From: Podarcis melisellensis
Taxonomy: Eukaryota
NCBI GenBank assembly: GCA_964234715.1
Contig: OZ174282.1
Strand: one strand, 5' to 3'
DNA: 64,000 nt
Each line of letters starts with the position of its first letter. Position 1 is the first letter of the stretch. This document shows positions 26,084 to 39,269 of the stretch, one piece after another. Both the position numbers and the translations under genes were made by a program. The notes beneath the pieces were generated by a model that saw nothing but the letters and a program-made list of their open reading frames with translations, made no database searches and was not told where the DNA came from.

Positions 26084-26755
26084 GGACCACATCTGCACTT
26101 ATACACTTAAAGCTGCATAATAACACTTTAAAAAGTCATGGCTTCCCCCAAAGAATCCTGGGAGTTGTCACTTGTGAAAGGTGCTGAGAGCACATCCACC
26201 AACATTTCTCCAATGAAAATAGGGACGTCCCATTCTAAATTGATAATTTTACTATTTATACCACGCACATCTTACTGGGTTGCCCCAGCCACTCTGGGCA
26301 GCTTCCAACATATATAAAAACATAATAAAGCATTAAACATTAAACAAAATCCTTCACTATATAGGATTGCCTTCAGACAGCTTGGGGGTCAGATAACTCC
26401 ATACCCTCCAACATTTTTCCAATGAAAATAGGAGACATCCTAAGGACATTCCGGGATCAAACTGGGATGGCTACTCTAAATCAGGGACATTCCTAGAAAA
26501 TGGGGACACTTGGAGGGTCTGTGAGAGTTGTTAGGGGATTCCTATTCCCTTTACAGAGCCACAATTTTCAGAGTTCTAGAAAGAGGGATTGATTGTTAAG
26601 CCACTCTGCCAACTGTGGCTCTTTGAGGGGGATACAAGGTTTCCTCACAACCCTCAGTCCCCTTAACAAACTACAGTTCCCAGGATTCTTTGGGGGGAGC
26701 CTTGACTATTTAAAGTGGCGTGATACTGCTTTAAATATAAAGCTCAAATGGGGTC
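26084..26755. mobile_element. Palindromic MITE of the gaatcctggga/actacagttccc family, interrupted by family B element (approximate bounds)
   Basis: Inverted arms aaagaatcctgggag...tt / aaactacagttcccaggattcttt; many shorter copies (about 1150, 18160, 19240, 21230, 28780, 31010, 31930, 33840, 43988, 46400, 54560, 59220). Confidence 0.7.
26191..26521. mobile_element. Non-autonomous DNA transposon (family B), nested
   Basis: Homologous to 7690-8044; 6-bp direct repeat TGAGAG on both sides (26185-26190, 26522-26527). Confidence 0.8.
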
Positions 26756-29700
26756 TTGGTCATGTCCATTAATTTCAATGGCTCTACTCTAAGTAGGGCT
26801 AATATTGGAGACAACTCATAGAAAAGAGAAGGAAGGAATTGGATGAGCTCCTTAGAGGGGGAATAGGCCTTGAACTAGCGGGAAAATAAATCTCCCCACG
26901 TATAGAAGCTCTTTCCTTTGCAGAAGTAGCCCAGATCTTAGGGTTTTGCAAGCTCTCACAAAAAGGTGGCTCCTGGGCTGGTGGGTGACTCATCCCAGCC
27001 AGTGGCATCAAACTAGACTTGTCTTAAAATGCCCGTCCACTGTTCAAGACTGTTATTAGCCAGTAAGTAATAGTTGCTGTTTGATTCTGGGACTGTGGAG
27101 TCAACAATGATCTGAGAAAAACTTCTGCCCCTGAGGCGATGGTGCCTCTGAAAAGTGCGCTAGTGCCCAAGGGTGGGGCTTAGCAAGGATTTATTTGGCT
27201 CTGTCCCCTCTGGCAACCGAGCTCTTTATTTGTTCTGATTGTCCTCTTCCCCATTAGCTCCTCTGAAAAGAAAAGCTCCAAGGAGGAGGTTCTCTTCCCC
27301 ATGTTTATCAGGGGCAGGAGGTGAGGTAAATGTGAGAGCCTCAAGATCTATGGCTATGTAGAGGTTTGAATCTGGGTCTCCCAAACCCAACACTCTATTC
27401 ACTACTAGACCCTTTAAAGTAGTGGCTTTCCCCAAAGAACACGGGGAATTGTTGTTTGCTAAGGGTGCTGGGAGTTGTTAGGAGACCTCTATTTCCTGCC
27501 ATTGCGGCCTGACACACTGCACCTCTCTCCTACACAGATATTACAAGGGGTCCTCCTTTACATTTGGGCTGCTTACGCGCTCCCAAAAACACATTCCATA
27601 ACTTACTTTTTGGGAGCGCTAGGGGCTTAAAAAAAGAAAGAAAGACAACTCAGAGTCCGGGGACCAGTAAAAGTCTTCATGGGCCCCATGGCACCATCCA
27701 CAGGAAGTGAGATGGCAACCTCTGACTATACCTCTGACTATACATCTAGCTACAACATTATTGGGCAGGTGTGCGTACACCCCATTGCTGGGACTGCCGA
27801 CTTCTATTTTCAAATGGACACGCTGCAGAATAATTGGAATCAGCATTTATTTTCAGAATAAAACCAGTTTGTTAGGGGCAAAAAATATGCACTAGATCTA
27901 GACTGTGTGTGGACTATGTGGGGGGCAGGGGGGGGGACAAGTACTCAAGTTTCCATTGATTCCAGAATAAAATGTGTGTTCACAGCTTTGATGCTGGGTT
28001 TCTCCTCACACTTGGTTAGCCCTTCATCAGCTGTTCCACAGGGAACTGAATTTCATTTGTATGTTAAAACATTTCTGTGCAGTCTTTCTGTTCGCAAAGA
28101 GACAGCTAGCGCATTTCATCTTCTTGGACAGATTTCAAAGTCTAAGCATGATTGTTGTTCAGAGATGTGTGTTTACTTAATACCTTCTGATTTTGGAGTT
28201 GCCTTGGTCCCATCCCATGCCTTTGGGGTGGGATGTAAATCCCAGAAACCGAAATATCAGCAGAACACTTAGGCAACTAAAGTCAAAAGGGTAACAAGCC
28301 CAGATGTGTTGGGTTACTCTGTTCTCATGAATCCCCCTCCCCCTTCCCTGTATTTCATAATATTCCTGAGGAGCTGTTCCAGGGTTTTGTTCATAGTTAA
28401 TATGATTAATCCTGAAAACGTCATGCTGCGCAATCTATGTAATCATAACTCCAATGCAAATATAGAGGATGCAAATAAACCTGAGAGGGAGAGAGATTGT
28501 CAGAGCTGAGCCATAGGTTATTGAGTGGGAACCAGAAACTAGGGGACAGGACCAGAGGACAAGCCAAGCGTCAACCAAAACCTACCATTGCCCAAGTAAA
28601 ATCTCAGCGTGAACAGGAAGCGTTGGAGCAGGTGTGGGAAACCTTTCTTAGCCTGAGGGCCACATTCCTTTCTGAGCAACCATCCCAAGGGCCACATATC
28701 AGTGGTGGGTAGAGCCAGAGGCAAAGTGGGTGGAGCAACAAATGTAAATGTGATCTTGGTACAGTAGGCTGCTGTCTCCCATCCACACCATACACTTAAA
28801 ACACATTATTTCCTTCCAGAAATCCCGGGAACTGAGCTACAATTCCCAGCACCCATAACAAACTAGAGTTGCCACAATTCTTTGTGGGGTGGGGGGAGCC
28901 AGGTGCTTTAAATGGGTGGCGTAGATGCACAGAGAGACAGATTTAAAAAAATAATTACACTGTACCCTTCCACACTGTTTGCTTTTCTTTTTAAAAGCAC
29001 TCTCTATTCACAAAATAATCCTCAAAGGGCATAATCTACTGGGACGTTGCCATGACTGGCTTCCAATTGTTTCTGGGCAAATTCAAGGTTTTGGTTTTAG
29101 CCTATCCAACCCTATATAGATTGAGTCCAGGATGCCAGAAAGATAGCTTGCTCTCATATGAACTGGTCCACCATTAACCTCTGGGTACCCTAGTCTTTAA
29201 CGGTTAAGTGGACAGCAACTGGAGAAAGGGCGTTACCATCAAGAAGTCCCCAACTGTGAAATATTCTCTGTCGAGAACCTTTGCTTCATTAGCTGCTATG
29301 CTGTCAGATTTCCTTCTTGATTTCCCCTGGTTTTTAGTGAACGATATAGTATTGCTGGTCTTGTTGCTGCTCCTCCTGTCGCAGATGGTTTTATTGTTGG
29401 CCTACTCTTTTTAAATTATTGTTATTGTTCTGTTTTGTTTCAAATTGCTTACATTTTTTGTTGTTGTGAAAGATAGGGCAGAAACATGCTAATTGATTCA
29501 GGGCTTGGCTCTGGAGCTAGGGCTGGACTCTATGAAAAATATGAAGTAGGAGTAATCATGGGTTTACCTGTTTATAGTAAAAAAAACAAGGAACCCGCCC
29601 TTCCGTCCAATTTAAACTCAATTAGGGCAGCTCAGAATTATAAAATAAAACGATGACAACACAACAAATTACCATAATCTTTGGCTGGGAAGAAAGACAA

Positions 29701-30129
29701 AAAACAGGGATAAGAAGTTTCCTCCTTTCACTGATACAATCAGGTTTTTGTCTCTCACCCACAGAATGTGCAAATGTTTTGCAAAAGGAGAGGAAAATAT
29801 GAAATTGCACCCTTTTTTAGCTTCCCCAGGAAACATGCTAGAAATAAACCATCTGAATACAAAAAAGGGAGGTGTGAGGAAGTCAGGAAAGTAAGTTATT
29901 TGAAGAAGAGAGAAAAGAGGGAATTTTTGTTATTTGTTTTTCTTTTTCTTCTTTTTTTCTTTTTACTATGTTAATTGTTTGCATTTTTATATTTTCTGTA
30001 TTTTTGTGTTTTTGTATTTTTGTATTTTTTCTTGTGTTTTTTCTAGTTATTGTCTTATTTTGAAAATTCCAATAAAACATCATTTTAAAAAAAATAGAAA
30101 TAAACCATCTGCTTTGTCTTCCCACCCAG

Positions 30130-30316
30130 TTTTAGGTCTGTGCGCTTTCTGAAGAATGACGGGATGGGCTTCCAGAAATACCCCTACGCGAACGAAGACG
30201 AGGCATGGAAGAGCTACCTGGAGAACCCTCTGACAGCAGCCACCAAGGCTATGATGAGGGTTAATGGAGATGACGACAGCGTGGCTGCCCTGAGTCTCCT
30301 CTATGACTATTACATG
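30130..30316 (+). CDS. GRHL3: GRHL3 exon 2 ([11 protein letters not shown]...LYDYYM; transactivation region)
   Basis: cccacccag|T TTT AGG ... TAC ATG|gtatga; 187 nt. Confidence 0.96.
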
Positions 30317-30825
30317 GTATGAAAAGCGGCCAGCGTGACTCAAGGCCCCGAAAATGACATTTCCTGCCGTCTTCCCCCACACCTAACCATGTGATGGCTG
30401 GGGCTGGTATAGAATCATAGAATTGCAGAACTGGAAGGGAACCCTGAGGATCATCTAGTCCAACCCCTTGCAAGGCAGAAATATGCCGCTTTCCCATATG
30501 GGGATTGAACCTGCAACATTGTCGTTGTCAGAACCACACTCTAAGCTACTGAGCTATCCCCATTAGCAGTTGAAGTACAAAACATCTGAAAGGCACCAGT
30601 TTGGAGGAAGGCTGGTTTATTGTGCCCCTTTAAGTTCTTCACAGGGAAAAGGCCTGTAAACATGACCAGGTTCCTTCAGGTTGAGTATTCTTGGCCTGTG
30701 ATAACTTTGTGGTCCTTACCACGCCCCACCAAGCAGTAACAAGAACTTCATCAGGTGGCGATGGTAGTTGTCTATAATCGCTCTGTTTGGGTCACAGCCA
30801 CACTATACCTGTAAAGCACATGGCT

Positions 30826-30992
30826 TAGAATCATAGAATTTAGTCCATCTAGTCCAACCCTCTGCAATGCAGGAATCTCAGCTAAAGCATCCAAGAGAAG
30901 ATGGCTATCCAACCTCTGTTTAAAAACCTCCAAGGAAGGAGACTCTACCACCTCTCGTGGGGGTCTGTTCCGCTGCCAAACAGCTCTTCCTA
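30826..30992 (-). mobile_element. CR1 LINE 3' end
   Basis: Minus strand encodes PREVVESPSLEVFKQRLD (CR1 ORF2 C-terminus) followed by the ATTCTATG terminal repeat. Confidence 0.8.
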
Positions 30993-31451
30993 TCAAAGTT
31001 TTTCCAAACGTTTATAAAAATCTTGGAACTGCAATGTGTTTAGGGTGCCGGGGGTTTTAATTCTGTGAGGGGTAAACTTTTTCCTTGCAGAACTACGGCA
31101 CCACTTCTGTGGTGAAAAGCCCCCAGGACAACAGGAAAAGCTCATAGGACCACACTTGGGGTGAAAAGCAGTGCAAGAGTTGCATAAATAAATGCAAAAT
31201 TGCAATTCCCAGGATTCCCTGAGAAGAGGGAATGACTGTTAAAAGTGTTGATATGCTCTCTCAGATGCCTGAGTCTCACAGAAGGAAGGAATCCCATTCC
31301 ACGCTTCTGTGTCCACACAGAATAAGCAGACATCTTGTCTGATCAAACAGATTTGCTCTGCAGTAGAATCGCTAACAATCACGTGTTGGCAACACATTTG
31401 TTGTCTGTTGAGAAAGGATGCTTTTCCTGGCATGGATGTGAGAGGCAGGCG

Positions 31452-31452
<1 letters not shown>

Positions 31453-31487
<35 letters not shown>
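31453..31487. repeat. (TTA)n microsatellite
   Basis: Directly visible. Confidence 0.95.
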
Positions 31488-31719
31488 TTAATTAATTCAT
31501 TCATTTAAGAACTGCTTTCTATGAAGCATCTCAGAGCAATTTTACAATATAAAGATATATAAAACAGTCGCCCTGGACAATGTGGGAGGGGACGTACTGA
31601 CACTAAGGAAATGGGGAAATTAAAGCATAGTTGACCTATTTTGACAGTAGCTAACCCGGAAGCGTCTCTCTCCCTACCTGTTATTCAGGGAACATTTCTG
31701 GTTTTTGTTAACTTGACAG

Positions 31720-31781
31720 GTTCCAAAGGAGAAGAGGATCCTTCCATCTGGGACAACGGGGCGCAACGAACTTGGGAAGAG
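31720..31781 (+). CDS. GRHL3: GRHL3 exon 3 (VPKEKRILPSGTTGRNELGKR)
   Basis: ttgacag|GTT ... AAG AG|gtgaga; 62 nt. Confidence 0.95.
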
Positions 31782-33018
31782 GTGAGAGAGAATCCTGCCC
31801 TGGGAGACCTCCAGAGTTTGCAAGTGCAGGGAGTCAGCTTGGCTCGTGACTAACTAGCTTTCAAATACTGGCCCAGCAAAGGGTTAAAAACATTAAAAAT
31901 GGGGGGAGGGGCAAGAGATCCAGAGCCCAAGCTACTATACCTTTAAAGCACACCCCCTCATTGCAAGAATCCTGGGAACTGTAGTTTGCCCTCACCGAGC
32001 TATAATTCCCAGCAATCTTAACAAATATAGTTCCCAGAATTCTTTGGAGTGCTTTAAAATGTATGGTTGCATGCACGAAGCCAAAGACTCAGCCTCTGCA
32101 TGCCTCTGCTACCCACCCAAAGTCCCTCTGAATGTTTTTGAAATGGTATACTGCTTCTGGAAGACATCAAGGCCCTGACTTTGGCATGTCTTAAGGGGGA
32201 GTGAATTCCATAGCTGGGGGACAGGAACTAAGAATGCCTCTCTGGACAGCCTTCAAAGATCTGATCTTGGTGCATAGATGTTGTGATTCAAGAGACTGTT
32301 CCTGGTTGATCTTACAGGTCTGTGGTAGGTCAGTGTTGAAGGTGGCCATGGGTATTCTGAACCCAGGCTGCCAGCAGCACTTTTAAACGGAGCTGGCGCA
32401 GCAGACCCTGGAGCACGGTTTCAAGAAGTGTGGGGCTCCAGAATATGGTTCAGCAGGACCCCCTCCCTCTTCTCAAATCCCCTTTATTCTAGCCTGAGGG
32501 GGGATTGAACTTCACCCATGTCCCCCATGGCAGAGGTAGCAAAGGACAGAGAGAGCTAGGAGAGAGAGGCTCACCGTGGCCTTTTTCTGCACTGAACATG
32601 AAGGTGATAAGCCTGCTTTTGTTTCAACTGCTTCCAAATCGAGCCATGTACTCCCTTTCATCCTCCTTGGCTTCCGTGCTTTTCAGATAACCCTCCCCGA
32701 AATAAGTTAACAGTCGGTTGGCATCTTCCAGTTTAGTCCCTCAGTTCCTGGACTCTGTGTACCCCTGAGCTATGTGTTTTTACATGCCTATTTCTGAACC
32801 GTTGCAGCGGGGTCATCGTGAAGCGTGGGCTCTCCCCAGTCCCACAAGGGCTGGGTGGGGAGCGGTTAGATTTAACTCTTTTCCTTGCTTGGAAATGATG
32901 AACTTCCCTTGCCCAAATAGTTGCCTGTGTTCTTTCCTTGTGCCTCAGGTGCAGATGAGTGACCAAATGGTCTTGCATTGCTAAGTATTCTTTTGTCTGG
33001 CTCCTCCTCCGCCTCTAG

Positions 33019-33355
33019 GCACTGCCACGGGATGGAGTACGAACCCGAGATTTCCTCCTTCGAAAACTCCACTCACATCATGAAGCTCCTGGCCGAAAAT
33101 GTTTCCATGAACCAAGAGTATCTAGATGTGCCCAAGAAGAATGGCTTAGGGATGGAGGGCATCCCCTCTCCTCACAAGCCGCCTGCCTTGCCCCCGGGCA
33201 CCAGCAAGCTGGAAGCCAGTCCCGAGAACTATATGCTAACCTCGGGGGATGTGTATGACAACAGCTCGCTCAATTCCCTCTTTGACGCGATCCACGTGGC
33301 TCCGCCGCAACAGAGGTGGCAACCGGACAGCACATTCAAAGAAGACCCTCAGGAG
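33019..33355 (+). CDS. GRHL3: GRHL3 exon 4 (HCHGMEYEPE...DSTFKEDPQE)
   Basis: cctctag|G CAC ... CAG GAG|gtcagc; 337 nt; within ORF 32978..33400. Confidence 0.96.
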
Positions 33356-34679
33356 GTCAGCACTGTGCCCAGACATCTGGGCTTGCCAAAACGTTTCTAG
33401 AACAAAACTCTGTGGTTTTGCCCATCTCTGGGCAGGATGTGACATGTATGGTATAAATGGGAGCAGCACAAATTGCACTAATTAAGCGAGCAGAGGGAGT
33501 GTCCCTTATGTGCCAAGTTAGCCGTCATTGAGATTCAACAGGATGAAGTGGCTTGTTTTGTTGGAAGCGCTTCTTAACATTCCCTCCATCAGCCCTTCTG
33601 CTTCCTGAAATTATCTTCTCTGCCTGTATGCAGGCTAGCCATGTTGTCGGTCTTCTGTAGCTTATTGCCGAATTTCCACCTCCCTCCCTGCTGCTATATC
33701 AGGGCTGGTCAATCCACTGGACGTATGCAAAGCAAATGGTGGATGAAAGGAGAAGAGGAAGACTTAAGCCATGTCCACCCCCAACAACCACTGTCTCTCC
33801 CATTGTCTCCATCTGCCACTAATGAACACTACAGTCACAACTACACCATACATTTAATGCAATATTATACCACTTTAATAGTCATGGCTCCCCGCCTCAA
33901 AGAATCCTGGGAGCTATAGTTTGTCAAAGGGTGCTGAGAGTTTTGAGGAGCCTCCTTGCATAACTATAATTCCCAGCACCCTTAAGCTTCAGTTTCCAGA
34001 TTCTTCATGGAAGCCATAACTCCTAAAGTGGTAAAAGAGAGCTTTAAATGTACCACAAATATATTGACAATATTGTTGAGAAGTTGGCTAAGGGTGGGTG
34101 AAAAGGGATCTGCCATTCAAGTTGTAGAGTTGACAGAGTGTCTTTCAAGGGGGGCTTCTGGAGAGAAGTGTGTGTGAAGCCACTTGCTATGTCCCCTTTC
34201 ACACATGTCAGCTCCTATGGCTCAGATGTTTTGCTTCACATCTAAAGTAGGAAGAGGAAGTGCATTGCAGCTTCCTGTTAGTGCCTTACCTGATCAGGAA
34301 GTGGTTCATAATGCATTCATTTGGCAAAGCATCAGGCTTCCAACGAGGTGGGAAATGAGGGATCCGAGAAGGCTGTGGGTCATTGTAGGTACAGTACCTA
34401 TAACCCCTGACTATTGTCTCTGATGGCTGGGACTGATGGGAGCTATAGTTCAAAGTATCTGGAAGGCACCAGGCTGGGGAAGGCTCTGCTTTATATAACA
34501 ATCCTCCTCCACTTCCATCAAACCCCTAGAATTTCCTTGCAAGGCTAGTTGAAAAAAATACCACCGAAGAGCTGGATTCTTGAATTCCCTCTCTCCTATT
34601 CAGGACCTGATCCTATGGCCTTTAGTAGGCTCACTGGATTAAGAGTAGGGGACGGATTCCAGCTGGGCATGCTAACTTG

Positions 34680-34680
<1 letters not shown>

Positions 34681-34722
<42 letters not shown>
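34681..34722. repeat. (TTA)n microsatellite
   Basis: Directly visible. Confidence 0.95.
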
Positions 34723-34987
34723 GCCCTGCTTTTTGACAGCAGCCTGGCACAGTTTAGCAGCAGATGAAGCTTTTCCCTAGGACTTTTAGAAAACCTCCAC
34801 CTGCTAAATTATTACACGTGGATAAAAACGGCGAGGCATACGCCAGTTTCCAAAAAATTCAGAACGAATGTTTTGCCTTGGTTCCAAATGGACCTGAATG
34901 GGTTTTTGAGGTGTTTTTATTTCCATGGGTGAACTGGAATACAAAAGAATCCATATACAGCTGTCCTGATTTTGTCTCTCCCTGCAG

Positions 34988-35067
34988 TCATTGATCTTCA
35001 ATGATATCCTGAAGTCCCAGACAGATGCACCGTGTTCAGAGAGTTATTCTGCCAATGATGCCAAGAG
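34988..35067 (+). CDS. GRHL3: GRHL3 exon 5 (SLIFNDILKSQTDAPCSESYSANDAK)
   Basis: ccctgcag|TCA ... AAG AG|gtaaca; 80 nt; phases fit both neighbours. Confidence 0.92.
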
Positions 35068-35231
35068 GTAACAGCAAAGGCTTGCTCAAATAATATGATT
35101 GAAATGTGTTTCTCTGAAGAAATATTCCTAGTAAATCAAGGTGGAAGTTTAATGAGAGGGTTGTTATGTCTCATACACCTGTTGGGCACTGTCGTTGGTG
35201 AGAAAGGAGAATAACTTTGCTTGCTTAATCC

Positions 35232-35300
35232 ATTTAATTTAATTTAATTTAATTTAATTTAATTTAATTTAATTTAATTTAATTTAATTTAATTTAATTT
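35232..35300. repeat. (ATTTA)n pentanucleotide microsatellite, about 14 units
   Basis: Directly visible. Confidence 0.95.
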
Positions 35301-35819
35301 TTAAAACAGACCCCCTCCAGTCATCTGCTGGACAAACACGTGAATAAATACATAGGACTATCCTGCCAGACACCTAGTTTGGCCTTCAGATACTTCTGTC
35401 AATTCACCATTCGGGTGAATAAGTCACTGTCCCACCTGCCTACCCTTTTACTTGCACCCAGTCCAGGGACTCATAGAATCATAGAGTTGTAGAGTTGGAA
35501 GGGACTCCTGAGGGTCATCTAGTCCAACCCCCGGTGTCTTCCTTCTTCTCCTCAGTCTCAGTGTTGCCCCTGCAAAACTCATTAGGGAGGAAGATGGGGT
35601 GGAAAAGAGAATCAGTTGGCTCACCCTGCCACTGGCTCTGGCTCCACTTCCTGTTGGCCTCTCTGCCTTCTGCCCTTACCAGTTCCAATGGTCCCCAGCC
35701 GCCACTGGCTTCTTTGTCTGTGTTTTGGTGTGTCTTGCAGAGTAAAATAGTATAAGTGGTTTATTTAATCTCTGCCTTCTCCTTCTCCCTCTCCCTCTTT
35801 TTTAATTGCTCCATTTAAG

Positions 35820-35973
35820 TGACTTTGAATATATGTTGGGATCCCCTAAAGCTATTCACATCAAATCGGGTGACTCACCCATGGCCTACCTCAACAAAGG
35901 ACAGTTCTACCCAGTCACGCTGCGGACAGCGGCAGAAGCGAAATGTTTACATCTGTCCTCTAATAAAGTGAAG
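35820..35973 (+). CDS. GRHL3: GRHL3 exon 6 ([12 protein letters not shown]...SSNKVK; start of CP2/Grh DNA-binding domain)
   Basis: long pyrimidine tract, tttaag|T GAC ... GTG AAG|gtaagt; 154 nt. Confidence 0.96.
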
Positions 35974-36552
35974 GTAAGTGATGTGCCAAGGAAAGTTCCC
36001 AGCAATATATGATGTCGAACAGCTGAAACAATGGTTATGGAGGTGGTTTCCCCCCCAGTTTTCTGATGCCAGAGATATTACAGCCAATTGCTATGGAGGT
36101 TTCAGAAATTATAGCATATGCTTTAAAGCAGAGGTCAGGGAAGTGCAGAGGGCTGCATTACCCAAGTGGAACTCACTAAACCCAGCACAAGAATGTGAAT
36201 AATATTGATGCACAGACGAACTGCAAGCCTTTCCTGACAGTTATTCAAAACCTCAAACGTCAAAACGCAGTTGCATCCTGATAATTGCAGTCATGCAGTT
36301 GCAAAATGCATGGGTGCCTTTTCGATATTTCCAAGGTACACCGAGCTTTTTCTTTGCTTGGACATTTTTCTTTGGTTTTCCTGCTGTAGGTCCTGAAAAG
36401 GAAAGGAGTGGCAGTTGCATACATCACACAACAGCAAAGCCCTTTTCCCTTTCAGCTGCTCCCCACTGTGTGGGAGGGGATGGATACCAGCCCATGGGCT
36501 GGAACTCCTGTACTAAAGTGTTTCCCCAAGCTGGATTTGATTTTGCAAATGA

Positions 36553-36738
<186 letters not shown>

Positions 36739-37274
36739 TAGAGATGCTTTCGGATGTCTTGTCTAGGAGGAAAAGGAAACAGATACAGTGGGGAAAAAAC
36801 CCTCCCTCTTTTATTTCCAAGTGAATGCAGTCCTTATTAGCACTTAGGGTATTAAACTGAACTGGTCGCTGCTCTGATTTATAACAGTGAGAATAAGAAT
36901 TTATTATTTATACCCCACCCAGTGTTTACAGGGTTTTCATCATAAAGATTCCTAGGATAAAGGGGTGGCCTTGTGTGTGTACATAGAAAATCATGAAGAA
37001 TAGCTTTCAGCTACCCAGTTTTAATAGCAGACTTCTGCATCCCTTGAAAGCTCTGGAAACTTGCATGAGACACAGGGGTCTGCCACCAGAAGGAAAAATC
37101 AGCAATTATTTTCCTGGCCCCGGCCCCCACCTCTAGATCTGAATCTTCACCTTAGAATCCAGAAGGAGTTTAGGAGTGGTTTCCGGTAGCCTTGAAGGGT
37201 GGGGCATATCACACCTCTTTAAGAGTATGGTTGTTACTTAATTCAAAAGTTATAATTGGGCAATTGAAGAGTAA

Positions 37275-37394
<120 letters not shown>

Positions 37395-39269
37395 TGACCA
37401 GGCCTGTGCAAATCATGCGGTCCCCCCTGTACCGCAAACCTACCTCCATTTCATACCTGTAGTTTAGCCACATCTGGAGAGCCACATGTTCCCCATTCCT
37501 GCTTTGGCATTCCAACATTAAACCGTGCTTCGAACTCACAGTCACTTTTCATCAGCGCCCTTTCAGCTAGGTTTGCTAACTCCTCTGCACACATGGAGAC
37601 TTCAGTTTGTACCCTTGTGTCTTTTATGGTTTGTTCTGCTATCAACTCCAGTCAAACAGGCATTGCAGGGCTTGAAGTGCTACGGAAACCTCTGAACAGA
37701 CACTGAGTTGAGACAGGTCTGCAGACAATAAGCAGGGGTGCCACTGTTGTGCTACCTTCAGCTCTTTTGCGGGGGGACGACCCCCTATTTGTCTCCAAAG
37801 GTGAAACTGGGGGCCCCTCCAGACTAGTGTTTTATTGCTGGTATTTTCTGCAGCATGTTCTGCCTTGACACAACAGTAGTGTATCAGTGGTGGATTTGTC
37901 CAGCTTCACTTTGTTATGTGTTGCTTCCCCAAGGGGCTGTAACACTACAAAAGTGGGACAAAAATGAAGCAGAACAGAACATTCATGGTATGAAAAGTTG
38001 CAGGATTTCAGCAATAAACTACAGGACATGCGCTGATCAGAAACAAAGCAGCATGTCCGCCCCAAATCTTTTGCATGTGCAAATAATATTGAAAGCCCGA
38101 TTGGATATAACCACCGCAATATCAACATGAGCACAAACCATTATGAACCCACAATAAAAGGGATGTCTGGAGGGATTTGGCTTGTCTAAAGCTTTCATAA
38201 GAGTTCCTGCCCAAACTGAGATTTAAACCAGTCACATGTCCTGCTATGTTCGTAGCTCTTTTAAGCACTACACCAGCAGCTGACACCAAACTGTTAGCTG
38301 GGCTATAGGGGGGAAGTTTCCTGCCACAACTCTGAGACTATAAACTGTCATTTATTAGCCTGCAGATTAATAAGGCTCTGCAAGTTGTACTTTCCCATAA
38401 ACTCTGTTTAGCTTGGTAGGTCACAGGTAGTTCTGGCTTGCAACAGAGTTATCATGTGCAGGACAGATTGTGCAAGAGGTGTAAATGAAAAAGGCTAGAT
38501 GAATTTGCAGAGTGTACTCTACTCCAAAGTAAGTTCCACTGAGTTAAATGTGGCTTACTCCCAAGTAGGTGGGCATAGAATTGCAGTCATAGGATATCCT
38601 GAATTTAATAGGGCTTCTGAGTAGACATGCATAGTAATCCTGCTGTTTAGTGACTCTGAAACCTGATCAGTTGGTAGGTTTTTTTGCTCTGAAATTTCAT
38701 TGGGTCACCTTTCTTTTTAGCCTAAAGGTAGCCATGGTCTTAAAAAAAACCAAGAATCTAAAAACTGAGAGGTTATAAGCCATCTTCAAAGCATCTTTTT
38801 CCGCTTCACTTTCCCTCCATGGAAATATTCCAAGCATGTGATAGTCATCTGGGGCACTTAGGTTAGATGTAACTTACCAGAAACCTTGTTCCCCTTTCTG
38901 CCCAGGGGGTTGTTGAAGGCTGAGGCTTCAGAGACATAAAATACATGGGAGTTGCTGTTGAAGGCCTTTTCCTGCATCTGCCACCTGTCTCTGAATCTAC
39001 CAGCCTCTAAATAATGGAGCCAGGCTCATTATTTTCTATTTGCAAGGTTTAGCTGGGCTTAAAGTTGGACCAGAAAATCGTCAGCAGCAGCACCCCAGGG
39101 TTGCATCCTACCATCCCTACTTGGAGATGGGCAGGGGTTGAATCAGGTGCCTTCTGCATGCAAAGCAGATGTCCAACCATTGAGCTACAAACTTCTTGGA
39201 TTTTGCTGTATCTTTCAGAGAAGTGCTTTGACTGCCACTGCATCCTGACTCTGTCCATTCTTCCTGCAG

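Noticed and set aside
27861-27870. GRHL-type site AAACCAGTTT suggesting autoregulation
   Set aside because: Similar degenerate matches are scattered through the window, including within repeats; not distinguishable from chance without conservation data
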